From contig JAYEKO010000065.1 of NCBI GenBank assembly GCA_034661055.1, positions 1 to 35,352 on the forward strand: a stretch of DNA of 35,352 bases. Direction: 5' to 3'. Source of the DNA: Campylobacterota bacterium. Lineage in GTDB: Bacteria > Campylobacterota > Campylobacteria > Campylobacterales > Sulfurimonadaceae. The notes under the pieces were generated by a model. It did not search any database, was not told where the DNA came from, and saw only the letters and a program-made list of their open reading frames with translations. Both the position numbers and the translations under genes were made by a program. Below are positions 8,943 to 18,086 of this stretch, in pieces (position 1 is the stretch's first letter; every line of letters begins with the position of its first letter).

Positions 8943-10817
8943 TTAACCAGCTATGAACGCTGTAGCAACGCTGTATGCAGCTGCAAGTGTTAACATAACC
9001 ACTAAACCAATTACCATCCAACGTAACATCGTCGATAGATTACCATCTTGCATCCCACGAGTAGCTTCACCCGTTTTATAAAATGTATTTGCAACCATAT
9101 CAACTGTTGCATCAACTATTTTCATATCAATATCTTTCCAAAAGATTTTAGAAAGTTCATCATATGGTTTTACAATATACTCATCATAGAAATGAGGAAT
9201 ATAGTACTGATTATAAAGAATCTTATAAGCCAGGTTCTCTTCCATTTTCTTATCTTCTTTTGCTACCTCATATTTACGGTAAGCATAAAGAATCGCTGCA
9301 ATAACAAAGAGTTGTGTTCCAATAGTCATAATCCAATAAACTGTTGGGTTATGAACATGATACTCTGTCATTGGAAGTACTTTAGTTACCATCTCAAAGT
9401 ATGTCATCTTAAACGATCCTGCAATAACTGCAAGAACTGCCAATGGTGACATTGCAATTAGTACGTAACGATACGCTTCATGTGGATGAAAACCAAATAG
9501 TTTATATCGCTCTTCACCGTGAAAAATTAGTGCTACTAGACGGAATGAATAAAATGCCGTCATACCAGCAGTTAGTAATAACACTGTGTAAAGAATGTAA
9601 TGGTGCTCAATAAATGCTACCTCTAAGATTAAATCTTTTGAGAAGAAACCTGCCAACGGAAAGATTCCTGCAAGTGCAACTGAAGCCAAGGTCATCATAA
9701 TAAATGTACCTTTCATTGCATGACGCAATCCACCCATTTTAAACGGATCAAGCTCATCATCCATAGCGTGCATAACATTACCAGCACCTAAGAATAGTAG
9801 CGCTTTAAAGAATGCGTGAGCCATTAGGTGAAATAGTGCCACCCAGTATGCACCCAAACCAGCTGCAACAAACATGTAACCCAACTGCGATAGTGTTGAG
9901 TAAGCAATAATACGTTTCATATCACGGTTAACCAGCGCCATAGATGCTGCAAACATCGCAACAAATGCACCAAGACAAGCAATAAAGTAACCTACTTCTG
10001 GAATTAAGTCATAAACAGGGTTAGCACGTACTACTAAATAGACACCTGCTGTTACCATTGTTGCTGCGTGAATCAATGCAGAAACTGGTGTTGGACCTTC
10101 CATTGCATCTGCAAGCCATGTATGCAGTGGAAACTGTGCTGATTTACCCATAGCACCAATAAATAGGAAGATACCTATCATTGTCAATGTTGAATGTTCT
10201 AGATATTGTGCTTCAGCAAATACAGTATCGTACTGTAGTGAACCTGTATTCCAATATACCAAGAAAATACCAATTAGCATACCAAGGTCAGCAATACGAT
10301 TCATAATAAACGCTTCATTAGCTGCCCATGACGCAGACTCTTTCTTGTACCAGAATCCAATGAGTAGCCATGAACACAGACCAACGCCTTCCCAACCAAT
10401 AAACAAGCCAGCAAAGTTATCACTCATTACCAGTATCATCATTGAAAATACAAATGCTGATAGATACGAGAAAAATCTATTAAACCCTTTGTCATGATCC
10501 ATGTAACCAATAGAATATACATGTACAACAGTTGAAACAATTGTAACAACCATCATCATCGTGACACTAACCTGATCAACTACAAACCCAAAAGGGATGT
10601 AAAGATCACCTGTAGCAATCCATGTCATCATCTCAACATGAACCACATCTCCATCAATCACATGTGTCAATAAAATTGAACTTGCAACAAAAGAGATAAA
10701 CAGTAATGCAGAAGGAACGATACCTGCAATTATTGTTTTAGGACTTGCACCAAAGAGTCCCGCAAAAAGCGAACCAACTAGCGGTGCAAAGAGTGCTATA
10801 TATAAATACATTTCCAT
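8943..10817 (-). CDS. nuoL: Complex I antiporter-like subunit L
   Basis: GWEGVGLCS, GKSAQFPLHTWLADAMEGPTPVSALIHAATMV, HAFFKALLF and GFFSKD motifs, plus the C-terminal lateral-helix region. Confidence 0.97.
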   Translation of the reverse strand: MEMYLYIALFAPLVGSLFAGLFGASPKTIIAGIVPSALLFISFVASSILLTHVIDGDVVHVEMMTWIATGDLYIPFGFVVDQVSVTMMMVVTIVSTVVHVYSIGYMDHDKGFNRFFSYLSAFVFSMMILVMSDNFAGLFIGWEGVGLCSWLLIGFWYKKESASWAANEAFIMNRIADLGMLIGIFLVYWNTGSLQYDTVFAEAQYLEHSTLTMIGIFLFIGAMGKSAQFPLHTWLADAMEGPTPVSALIHAATMVTAGVYLVVRANPVYDLIPEVGYFIACLGAFVAMFAASMALVNRDMKRIIAYSTLSQLGYMFVAAGLGAYWVALFHLMAHAFFKALLFLGAGNVMHAMDDELDPFKMGGLRHAMKGTFIMMTLASVALAGIFPLAGFFSKDLILEVAFIEHHYILYTVLLLTAGMTAFYSFRLVALIFHGEERYKLFGFHPHEAYRYVLIAMSPLAVLAVIAGSFKMTYFEMVTKVLPMTEYHVHNPTVYWIMTIGTQLFVIAAILYAYRKYEVAKEDKKMEENLAYKILYNQYYIPHFYDEYIVKPYDELSKIFWKDIDMKIVDATVDMVANTFYKTGEATRGMQDGNLSTMLRWMVIGLVVMLTLAAAYSVATAFIAG

Positions 10818-10821
10818 ATTA

Positions 10822-11130
10822 CTATCCTCGCATCGATGTTAGAGTTTCAAGATCAATCGATCCACTACGTTTAAACCAAACAATAAGCAGACCTAAACCA
10901 ACCGCAACTTCAGATGCTGCAATTGCAATGACAAAAAATGCAAACATCTGTCCACTAAGGTCACCATAATAGTGTGAAATAGCAGCAAACGCTACATTAA
11001 CTGCGTTAAGTAAAATCTCTGTTGCAAAAAAGAGCATTAAAAGGTTACGACGACGCATAACCCCAATCAGTCCAATTACAAAAAGAATCGTTGAAAGAAT
11101 AAGATAATGATTAAGACCAATTTCCATCAT
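10822..11130 (-). CDS. nuoK: Complex I subunit K
   Basis: Three TM helices, RRRNLL, and the conserved Glu residues in EILLN and AASEVAVG. Confidence 0.96.
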   Translation of the reverse strand: MMEIGLNHYLILSTILFVIGLIGVMRRRNLLMLFFATEILLNAVNVAFAAISHYYGDLSGQMFAFFVIAIAASEVAVGLGLLIVWFKRSGSIDLETLTSMRG

Positions 11131-11699
11131 GATTCTGCCTTTTCTTTATAAGTATCTAACTGTGATGTTTCATTTTCATCTACAAGAGTCAATGAAATAT
11201 CCATTTTTTTACCAGCTAAAACAATTCCAGCAATCATTGCTACAAGTAGCATTACTGCTGCAACTTCAAATGGAACAAGATACTTTGTAAATAGAACCAT
11301 ACCTACTGTTTCAGTATTTCCAACACCTTCTAGTATTGGATACGCTGCTGTGATATTATCTGAAACGATTGGTGCAGTAAAGATAATAACAATCATCAGT
11401 GCCGCAAGACCACTCAGTCCAAATACAATCAACGATGGCGTATTGTTCTCTTTTAACTCACGAGTAGTATCAAAGAACATCATACCAAAAGCATAAAGTG
11501 CCATAACCGCACCCGTATAGACAATAATCTGTACGGCACCTAAGAAATCAGCTCCTAATAAAAAGAAGAATGCTGAGATAAAAATCATTCCAGCCGCAAG
11601 TGCTGTCATGGCATGTAATGCTTGTTTCGACGTTACTGTAATATAGAACATTACAATAGTTAAAATAGCAAAGAGATAAAAAGCTATTGCTTCAAACAT
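11127..11699 (-). CDS. nuoJ: Complex I subunit J
   Basis: ADFLGAVQIIVYTGAVMAL and YLVPFEVAAVMLLVAMIAG motifs. Confidence 0.95.
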   Translation of the reverse strand: MFEAIAFYLFAILTIVMFYITVTSKQALHAMTALAAGMIFISAFFFLLGADFLGAVQIIVYTGAVMALYAFGMMFFDTTRELKENNTPSLIVFGLSGLAALMIVIIFTAPIVSDNITAAYPILEGVGNTETVGMVLFTKYLVPFEVAAVMLLVAMIAGIVLAGKKMDISLTLVDENETSQLDTYKEKAES

Positions 11700-11708
11700 A
11701 TCGACTCC

Positions 11709-12329
11709 TTAATACGCTAGAGGCGTTTTTTTAACGCGCTCATCTTCATTTGGTGTAACAGCTCCAAAACCTTCGAACTCTGCAACTTTACCTGCCTTAG
11801 CCATGTCTATTGGCGTTAACATATCTTCATATAGTGTAAAGTGTGCTCTCTGCTCTGATGCATTTTCATATTCGCCACCATGTACAATAGCAAGTTCTGG
11901 ACACACTTCAGCACAGTAGCCACAGAAAATACAGCGACCTAGGTTAATGCTGTACTCTGTCACCTCTTTACGACTATTCTCATCAATCTTAGTATCCATA
12001 CGAATACAGTCAGAGATACAGATTTTTTCACAAAGACCACAACCTATACAGCGCTCTGTTCCAGACTCCCAAAGACGCTGCATCTCATGTACTGCTCTGT
12101 AACGTGGACCAATTGGCATCTTCTCTTTTGGATACTGTACTGTGTGAATGTCAAATTTAATCATCTCACGAAGTACAACCCATAGTCCTACAAAAAGTTC
12201 ACCTCTTACAGCACGCTTTACTGCCCGTTTGAATTTACCCCAACCATCAGTAGGATACTCTTCAATGTCTACAGTAAAGTAATTTTGTTCACCGACATTT
12301 CTGTCTTTAAATTGTTCAATACTCATCAT
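11709..12329 (-). CDS. nuoI: Complex I subunit I (2x[4Fe-4S])
   Basis: CIGCGLCEKIC and CIFCGYCAEVCP motifs, plus TVQYPKEK. Confidence 0.97.
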   Translation of the reverse strand: MMSIEQFKDRNVGEQNYFTVDIEEYPTDGWGKFKRAVKRAVRGELFVGLWVVLREMIKFDIHTVQYPKEKMPIGPRYRAVHEMQRLWESGTERCIGCGLCEKICISDCIRMDTKIDENSRKEVTEYSINLGRCIFCGYCAEVCPELAIVHGGEYENASEQRAHFTLYEDMLTPIDMAKAGKVAEFEGFGAVTPNEDERVKKTPLAY

Positions 12330-12335
12330 TACCCC

Positions 12336-13319
12336 TTAAAACATCATCACTAAGCCAGTGATCACTATATTGATCACTGCTAGAGGCATTAATACTTTCC
12401 AACAAAGCCACATTAACTGATCTGGTCTTACATCTGGCCACGCAGCACGTGTCCATAAAAAGAAGAAGAACAGGAATGAAACCTTACCAAGCAGTGCAAA
12501 TGCACCCATCACTGAGCCATCACCAAATCCACCTAAGAAGATTAATGCAGTCACAAATGATATAAAGAACATATTTGCATATTCACCGATGAAAAATAGT
12601 CCCCATCTCATACCTGAATACTCTGTACCAAATCCATCAATAATCTCATGGTCATTTGCGATTAAGTGAAATGGTGTACGACCTGTTTCAGCAAATGAAG
12701 CTATAACAAATAGTACAAATGCAACCGGTTGCGACCAGATCATCCAACCACTTTCAACCTGATAATTATTTAGATCAATAAGAGAGAGTGAACCCACCAT
12801 CATAATTGGAGAAAGTATTGCTAAGCCGGTAACTACCTCATAAGAGATAAAAACTGAAACAGCACGCGCTGTTGAAATAAGTGCCCATTTATTTGCTGAT
12901 GCCATACCCCCAAGAAGTGGACCATAAAGACCAATAGCCATAATACCTACAACATAAAGAACACCAATATTAATATCTGCAATTACTGGATGAACTGTAT
13001 ATCCAAAAATTGTAAATTCTGGTAAAAATGGAATAGCTGCCGCTGCCATGAAAGCAGTTGCTGCGGTAATTACCGGAGCAATTTTAAAGATTGGTGCTAC
13101 TACATTTTGAGGAATAATGTCCTCTTTTGTAAATAGTTTCACGCCGTCCGCTGCAATCTGAAGCAATCCATAAGGACCAACATGCATTGGCCCTAAACGA
13201 CGCTGCATGAATGCCAATATTTTACGCTCAAAATAGGTACCAAATCCAGCTAGTGCCGAAAACACTAACAATAGAATAACAACCTTAACGATTGTTTCAA
13301 TAATAAATGCTACATCCAT
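12336..13319 (-). CDS. nuoH: Complex I subunit H
   Basis: ERKILAFMQRRLGP, GLLQIAADGVKLFTKED, TEYSGMRW, GEYAN and RPDQLMWLCWK motifs. Confidence 0.97.
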   Translation of the reverse strand: MDVAFIIETIVKVVILLLVFSALAGFGTYFERKILAFMQRRLGPMHVGPYGLLQIAADGVKLFTKEDIIPQNVVAPIFKIAPVITAATAFMAAAAIPFLPEFTIFGYTVHPVIADINIGVLYVVGIMAIGLYGPLLGGMASANKWALISTARAVSVFISYEVVTGLAILSPIMMVGSLSLIDLNNYQVESGWMIWSQPVAFVLFVIASFAETGRTPFHLIANDHEIIDGFGTEYSGMRWGLFFIGEYANMFFISFVTALIFLGGFGDGSVMGAFALLGKVSFLFFFFLWTRAAWPDVRPDQLMWLCWKVLMPLAVINIVITGLVMMF

Positions 13320-13322
13320 CTA

Positions 13323-15812
13323 TCACACCTTTTTTATAGAAGCTGTACTAAAGCGGTAGCCGCTAAAGAGTGCCTCAGAATTTATATTACTATCAAATGT
13401 CGGTAGACATGCTATCGCACCGTCAATCTTGTTGTCACTAATAACTTTAACATTAACTTCACCCAATTCAGTTGAAACGCTAACCGTATCGCCCTCATTA
13501 AGCTCATTTTCTGCCAAATAGTTCTCGCTCATATACAGACCGCCATCACTATGTAACTGATCAGCTTGGTTTGTAAATGGCGTAAACTGACGAACAGGGT
13601 TTACTAAATAGATTAACGCTCCCTCAAGAGTAAGTGCCGTATCTATCTCATCTACATTCTCTTTGTTGCTAGTTTTTACACCTCTATTATTCAAAAGGTA
13701 ACCTCTCACCTCTACACCATCATTAGTGTAGTGATTAGGTAAATCATCAAACTTCTCTGCTTTAAACCCTCTATGTGTTGGCAACTGCTCTGTGTACTCT
13801 ACAGTTAGTTTGGTGTTAAGGCCTAATGCATTAGCAAGATCATTTAACTCATAACCACCATAGCCAATTACAGCATTAGTAGGATTAACACGCTTATTGA
13901 TACTTGTCAATGTTCCCTCTTGCTGATTCATAGCTGGCATATCTAAATCACCATCGCCTAGAGCCGATAGTTTAAAGTCACCATCACTGTTATAACCAAC
14001 AGTGTACTCACCCACTTCATCATCAAGAGCACAAATAAGTGAAACCCCTAATGTATTTGTCAATGCTGGAATCATTACTAGCTCAAATTCACTATATTTT
14101 TCAATGAGTGCGCTTAGACGTGCTAAGTTTTTAGCATTAGGGTGGTTGTAACAGTCCGGTCCTACAATGAGTGAGAATTTATCTGCTTTTTTCAAGAATT
14201 TTTCCAAAGAAGCATTAAAGCTATCTGGTGCACCAAGCATATCTAAAAGGGCATTAGTCTCGACTTCCACCTCTTTTTCAACTTTCTTAGGAACCATTTT
14301 TTTAACGTCTTTAGTTACTTCTTTCTCTTCACCAGTCTCTTCATCTACAATAGTTTGAGTAACCTTTTCGACTATCTCTTCTTTGATAGTCTCAGTTACT
14401 GTAACAGTTTTTTTAGCATGAAAACTCTCTAAGTACTTAGTAATATCTGCTGGCAATTTCTCTTTATCTCCAAACAGATCCAAAACAAGGTAAAGTACTG
14501 CCTCTTCTTGAAGTGGTGCATGATTGATACACATCACATTTTTTCCAAGACCATCGATAACTGGATCAGCTAACGGATGAAAATAGAGACCTGCTCCTTT
14601 ATTCATCTTCATTGAGTTATTAAAAGCGTAACGAGCATTAGGATTGTCACTCTTTAGAGCGGTCCCAATAGAAATTACAAAGTTAGAATCATGCACAGCA
14701 TCTAAATCACTTCCATACATAGACTTGCCGCTTATAGCCTTATAATTACTTAAGAAATTCTGAAATGACTTAGCTTCATTATTTACTAAACGGTAACCGC
14801 GACTCTCTTTGAGTTGCTGTAAGATTAGAGCTTCTTCATTAGTAATTGTAGATGTAAAACTAATAGTATCTGCTTTTTCTAATGCCTCTACTGCTTTAGA
14901 AAAAGCTATTTCATCTTTAGTAACACCTCTGTTTTCATAGTCGAACCCATAACGTCCTGCACCACAAAGTGATACATAGTTCCACTCATTCATAACACGA
15001 TAAATCTTATCATCACTATTTTCAATGCTATCATGTTTTACATCATAAGAGATTTGACACCCTGCACTACAGTGACCACAGGTTGCCGGAACTTGGTTAA
15101 GCTCCCATGCATTTGATTTATACATAAATTCAGTGTCAACCAGAGCTCCTACCGGACAAACTGCAGCACACTCACCACAACTTGTACAGTCTAGCATCTC
15201 TTCACCAGAGGTTAGTCCAATAATTGACTTATTGAGCTTATTCCACATTGCATATGCATCTTTAGGCATAGTCTCTTTAAACTCAGCATCTAATGCCTCA
15301 GAACCACGAGGAACGGTTTTTAAAGAGTTGTCACCAATCATATCTTTACAGACGGTAACACAACGTTCACATACAATACATAGACCTGGATCGTAGTGAA
15401 TATGACCCCAGTCAACTGCGGCACGCTCAACATCTTTAACAGCATATGACTGCGAATCAACACCAAGTTCTAATGTGTAGTTTTGAAGCTCACACTCACC
15501 TGACTGATCACAAACACCACACTGAAGAGGGTGATTAACATCATAAACTTCCATAATTGAGCGACGTTCTGTCTCAATATTTTCTGTCGATGTTACAATC
15601 TCCATGCCATCTTTTGCTTTGGCATTACAAGCATATACCTGTTTACCATCAGCTTCAACAAGACATATACGACATGCAAGTGTCGGACTACATCGTGTCA
15701 GATAACAAATTGCTGGAATAAAGATACCATTTGCACGTGCGGCATTAAGGATGAACTCACCCTCTTGGGTCTCTATTTTCTGACCATCGACAGTAATTGT
15801 TATATTACTCAT
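13323..15812 (-). CDS. nuoG: Complex I subunit G (Campylobacterota-type, nuoH-proximal copy)
   Basis: Fe-S motifs: [2Fe-2S] CYLTRCSPTLACRIC...C; HPLQCGVCDQSGEC; CIVCERCVTVC and CTSCGECAAVCP; CGHCSAGC...LCGAGRY. These are followed by a molybdopterin-oxidoreductase-like C-terminal region. Confidence 0.93.
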   Translation of the reverse strand: MSNITITVDGQKIETQEGEFILNAARANGIFIPAICYLTRCSPTLACRICLVEADGKQVYACNAKAKDGMEIVTSTENIETERRSIMEVYDVNHPLQCGVCDQSGECELQNYTLELGVDSQSYAVKDVERAAVDWGHIHYDPGLCIVCERCVTVCKDMIGDNSLKTVPRGSEALDAEFKETMPKDAYAMWNKLNKSIIGLTSGEEMLDCTSCGECAAVCPVGALVDTEFMYKSNAWELNQVPATCGHCSAGCQISYDVKHDSIENSDDKIYRVMNEWNYVSLCGAGRYGFDYENRGVTKDEIAFSKAVEALEKADTISFTSTITNEEALILQQLKESRGYRLVNNEAKSFQNFLSNYKAISGKSMYGSDLDAVHDSNFVISIGTALKSDNPNARYAFNNSMKMNKGAGLYFHPLADPVIDGLGKNVMCINHAPLQEEAVLYLVLDLFGDKEKLPADITKYLESFHAKKTVTVTETIKEEIVEKVTQTIVDEETGEEKEVTKDVKKMVPKKVEKEVEVETNALLDMLGAPDSFNASLEKFLKKADKFSLIVGPDCYNHPNAKNLARLSALIEKYSEFELVMIPALTNTLGVSLICALDDEVGEYTVGYNSDGDFKLSALGDGDLDMPAMNQQEGTLTSINKRVNPTNAVIGYGGYELNDLANALGLNTKLTVEYTEQLPTHRGFKAEKFDDLPNHYTNDGVEVRGYLLNNRGVKTSNKENVDEIDTALTLEGALIYLVNPVRQFTPFTNQADQLHSDGGLYMSENYLAENELNEGDTVSVSTELGEVNVKVISDNKIDGAIACLPTFDSNINSEALFSGYRFSTASIKKV

Positions 15813-15814
15813 AC

Positions 15815-18076
15815 TCAGCTACCTACCTTCATAATTTTTACCTTTTCAAATCGATATTGACCATCAAGCGCTCCTAATGGAAGATCAAATGTTGGATTAA
15901 GTGCTACAGTACCTTTTAGAGTATTATCTAACTTAAATCGTCTTTGAACTGTTTGATTTGCCAACTCAACAGCTACCAAATCACCATCACTTATCTTTGC
16001 TGCTACTGAAAATTGCGCAGAGCCAATAAGAGCCGTATCGTCTTCTGATGCACGAGAACTTGTGTAGCTGTTAAACTGAAGTACTGGTTCACAGTGATAG
16101 ACAACAACTCCATTGAATTCTGGTAACTCTTCAACATCTTGAATTTTCTTCTTACGATTAACACGAACATTTTTAAGTTCATAGCCTCTTACGTCATCAC
16201 CCAATGGAGAATAAAAGTTTTCAAGTGCATCAAAATCAATTGCTTCAAAACCTTTCTCTTGAGGTAAATTACATGTATAATTAATGGTGTGTTCTATAGC
16301 ATCACCATCTTCATCACAAATTCCCAAAGCAAACGCTAAATCATTGAGTGTATAACCTTTAAAGCTAAGTGCAACATTAGTCGGTAACACCTTTTTATCT
16401 ATAGATACTACTGTTCCTTCTTGCTGGTTGAGCGCTGCAACACTTAAATCTCTATTACCAAAAGATGCAATAACATAACTACCTTGTGCGTTGTAGCCAA
16501 CTGTCTTAATATCAGCTATAGGGTCAAGCTCACATATAAGTGAAGCTCCTAGTGTATTTACATATTTAGGGACCACCATAACATCAAACTCACTGTATCG
16601 ATCAATCAGACCTACTAGTGCTGCAATATTAAGACTTTTCTCATGTGACAATATGTCTGAACCTACAATAAGTGTTTTCTTAGAGGCACGGTGAAATGAT
16701 TTCATCATCGCTTCAATCTCTTCCTCGCCAACATTAGACTCAGCACTTAAATAACCCTCATCAAAAAGAGCCAATGATTCACTGTCCTCTTTATTGAGCT
16801 TAACATCTTTAAGTAATTCACGAGCTAAAAGCGCTATAACACCCTCTTCAGTTCCTACCTCATATTTTACAAACTGTGTCATTGTATTTTGAAGTAGCGT
16901 ATCTTCTAATGGATGCATATAGACAGTTTTTGCACCGTTATGGCGAGCAGTTTCTGTTATGGCATAACGAACACCTGGATTATCGGTACCAATGCGTGAT
17001 CCAAACATAATTACCGCATCACTATCTTTAACATCTTGTAGTGTAGCGCTATAGTGAAGCTTATTGCTCTTAGCAGAATACGCATGCATAAACTCTTGAA
17101 AATGCCGTGCATCTTCATTGAAAAGCTTGATGCCAAGTTTCTCTTTTAATGTTTGAAGAATCAACGCTTCTTCATTAGTAATGATTGAGCTAAAAGAGAT
17201 TGCTTCACAATTTTGAAGTGCATCTACTGCTTTAGTAAATTGTGTATCATCTCTGTCTGCATCTACTGCAAAGTCAAAGTTAAAACGTCCAGCCCCACAA
17301 AGTGTTGCATACTCAAAGTTATTAGTAACTCGGTAAATACTCTCTTTACCTACAGTTGTAGCTCCACCAGTCTTAACTTCATACTCTAATGCACAACCAG
17401 ATGAACAGTGTGAACAGGTAGCTGGAACTCGTGAAAGTTCCCATGCATTAGCGCTATACTGAAACTCGCTGCTAACAAGTGCACCAACTGGACACACTGC
17501 TATACACTCTCCACAGAAAGTACAGTCTAGTTCATCACTATTTTTTGGAATAATTGTTGAGTTATATCCGCCAAATTGTACTTCAATAGCATCATCACCA
17601 ATAATCTCATTACAGACATGAACACATTTTTCACATAATATACAGAGACTTGGATCGTAATTAATGAGTCCCCAGTGCTTAATATCACGTCGTTGATCTT
17701 TGGCACTAAAATGCTGTCTATCAATTCCAAACTCTAGAGTTTTATTTTGAAGGTCACAAGCACCTGACTTATCACAAACTCCACACTCTAGTGGGTGATT
17801 AACATCATACATACGCATAATATTTTTACGTTCTGTTTCTAACTCTTGACTATTTGTTGTAACAGCAACACCCTCAACAGGGGGTGTCTGACAGCTAAGT
17901 AAAAACCCATCTGTACCGTCTGCTTCTACAATACACATACGACAAGAAGCACCTGGTGTTGTTTTTTCGAGATAGCACATTGTGGGAATATAGATGCCCT
18001 CACGACGAGCAACATTTAAGATTGTCTCACCTTTTTGTGCTTCTACTTTGCGGCCATCAATTGTAAATTTAATCAT
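15815..18076 (-). CDS. nuoG: Second NuoG paralogue (NuoG-like/SfrA-like Fe-S subunit)
   Basis: The same five Fe-S motifs (CYLEKTTPGASCRMC...C; HPLECGVCDKSGAC; CILCEKCVHVC and CTFCGECIAVCP; CSHCSSGC...LCGAGRF). It aligns by eye over its whole length with the downstream NuoG. Confidence 0.88.
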   Translation of the reverse strand: MIKFTIDGRKVEAQKGETILNVARREGIYIPTMCYLEKTTPGASCRMCIVEADGTDGFLLSCQTPPVEGVAVTTNSQELETERKNIMRMYDVNHPLECGVCDKSGACDLQNKTLEFGIDRQHFSAKDQRRDIKHWGLINYDPSLCILCEKCVHVCNEIIGDDAIEVQFGGYNSTIIPKNSDELDCTFCGECIAVCPVGALVSSEFQYSANAWELSRVPATCSHCSSGCALEYEVKTGGATTVGKESIYRVTNNFEYATLCGAGRFNFDFAVDADRDDTQFTKAVDALQNCEAISFSSIITNEEALILQTLKEKLGIKLFNEDARHFQEFMHAYSAKSNKLHYSATLQDVKDSDAVIMFGSRIGTDNPGVRYAITETARHNGAKTVYMHPLEDTLLQNTMTQFVKYEVGTEEGVIALLARELLKDVKLNKEDSESLALFDEGYLSAESNVGEEEIEAMMKSFHRASKKTLIVGSDILSHEKSLNIAALVGLIDRYSEFDVMVVPKYVNTLGASLICELDPIADIKTVGYNAQGSYVIASFGNRDLSVAALNQQEGTVVSIDKKVLPTNVALSFKGYTLNDLAFALGICDEDGDAIEHTINYTCNLPQEKGFEAIDFDALENFYSPLGDDVRGYELKNVRVNRKKKIQDVEELPEFNGVVVYHCEPVLQFNSYTSSRASEDDTALIGSAQFSVAAKISDGDLVAVELANQTVQRRFKLDNTLKGTVALNPTFDLPLGALDGQYRFEKVKIMKVGS

Positions 18077-18086
18077 CCAGCCCTCC

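Noticed and set aside
9048..9449. 133-aa Cys/His-rich plus-strand ORF
   Set aside because: It is an antisense shadow of nuoL. The Cys/Asn/His richness is what the reverse complement of hydrophobic codons produces.
13323..18076. One NuoG copy as a formate dehydrogenase, [FeFe]-hydrogenase or pseudogene
   Set aside because: I see no H-cluster motifs and no Mo-ligand Cys/Sec motif, and there are no in-frame stops. Both frames are intact with all Fe-S ligands.
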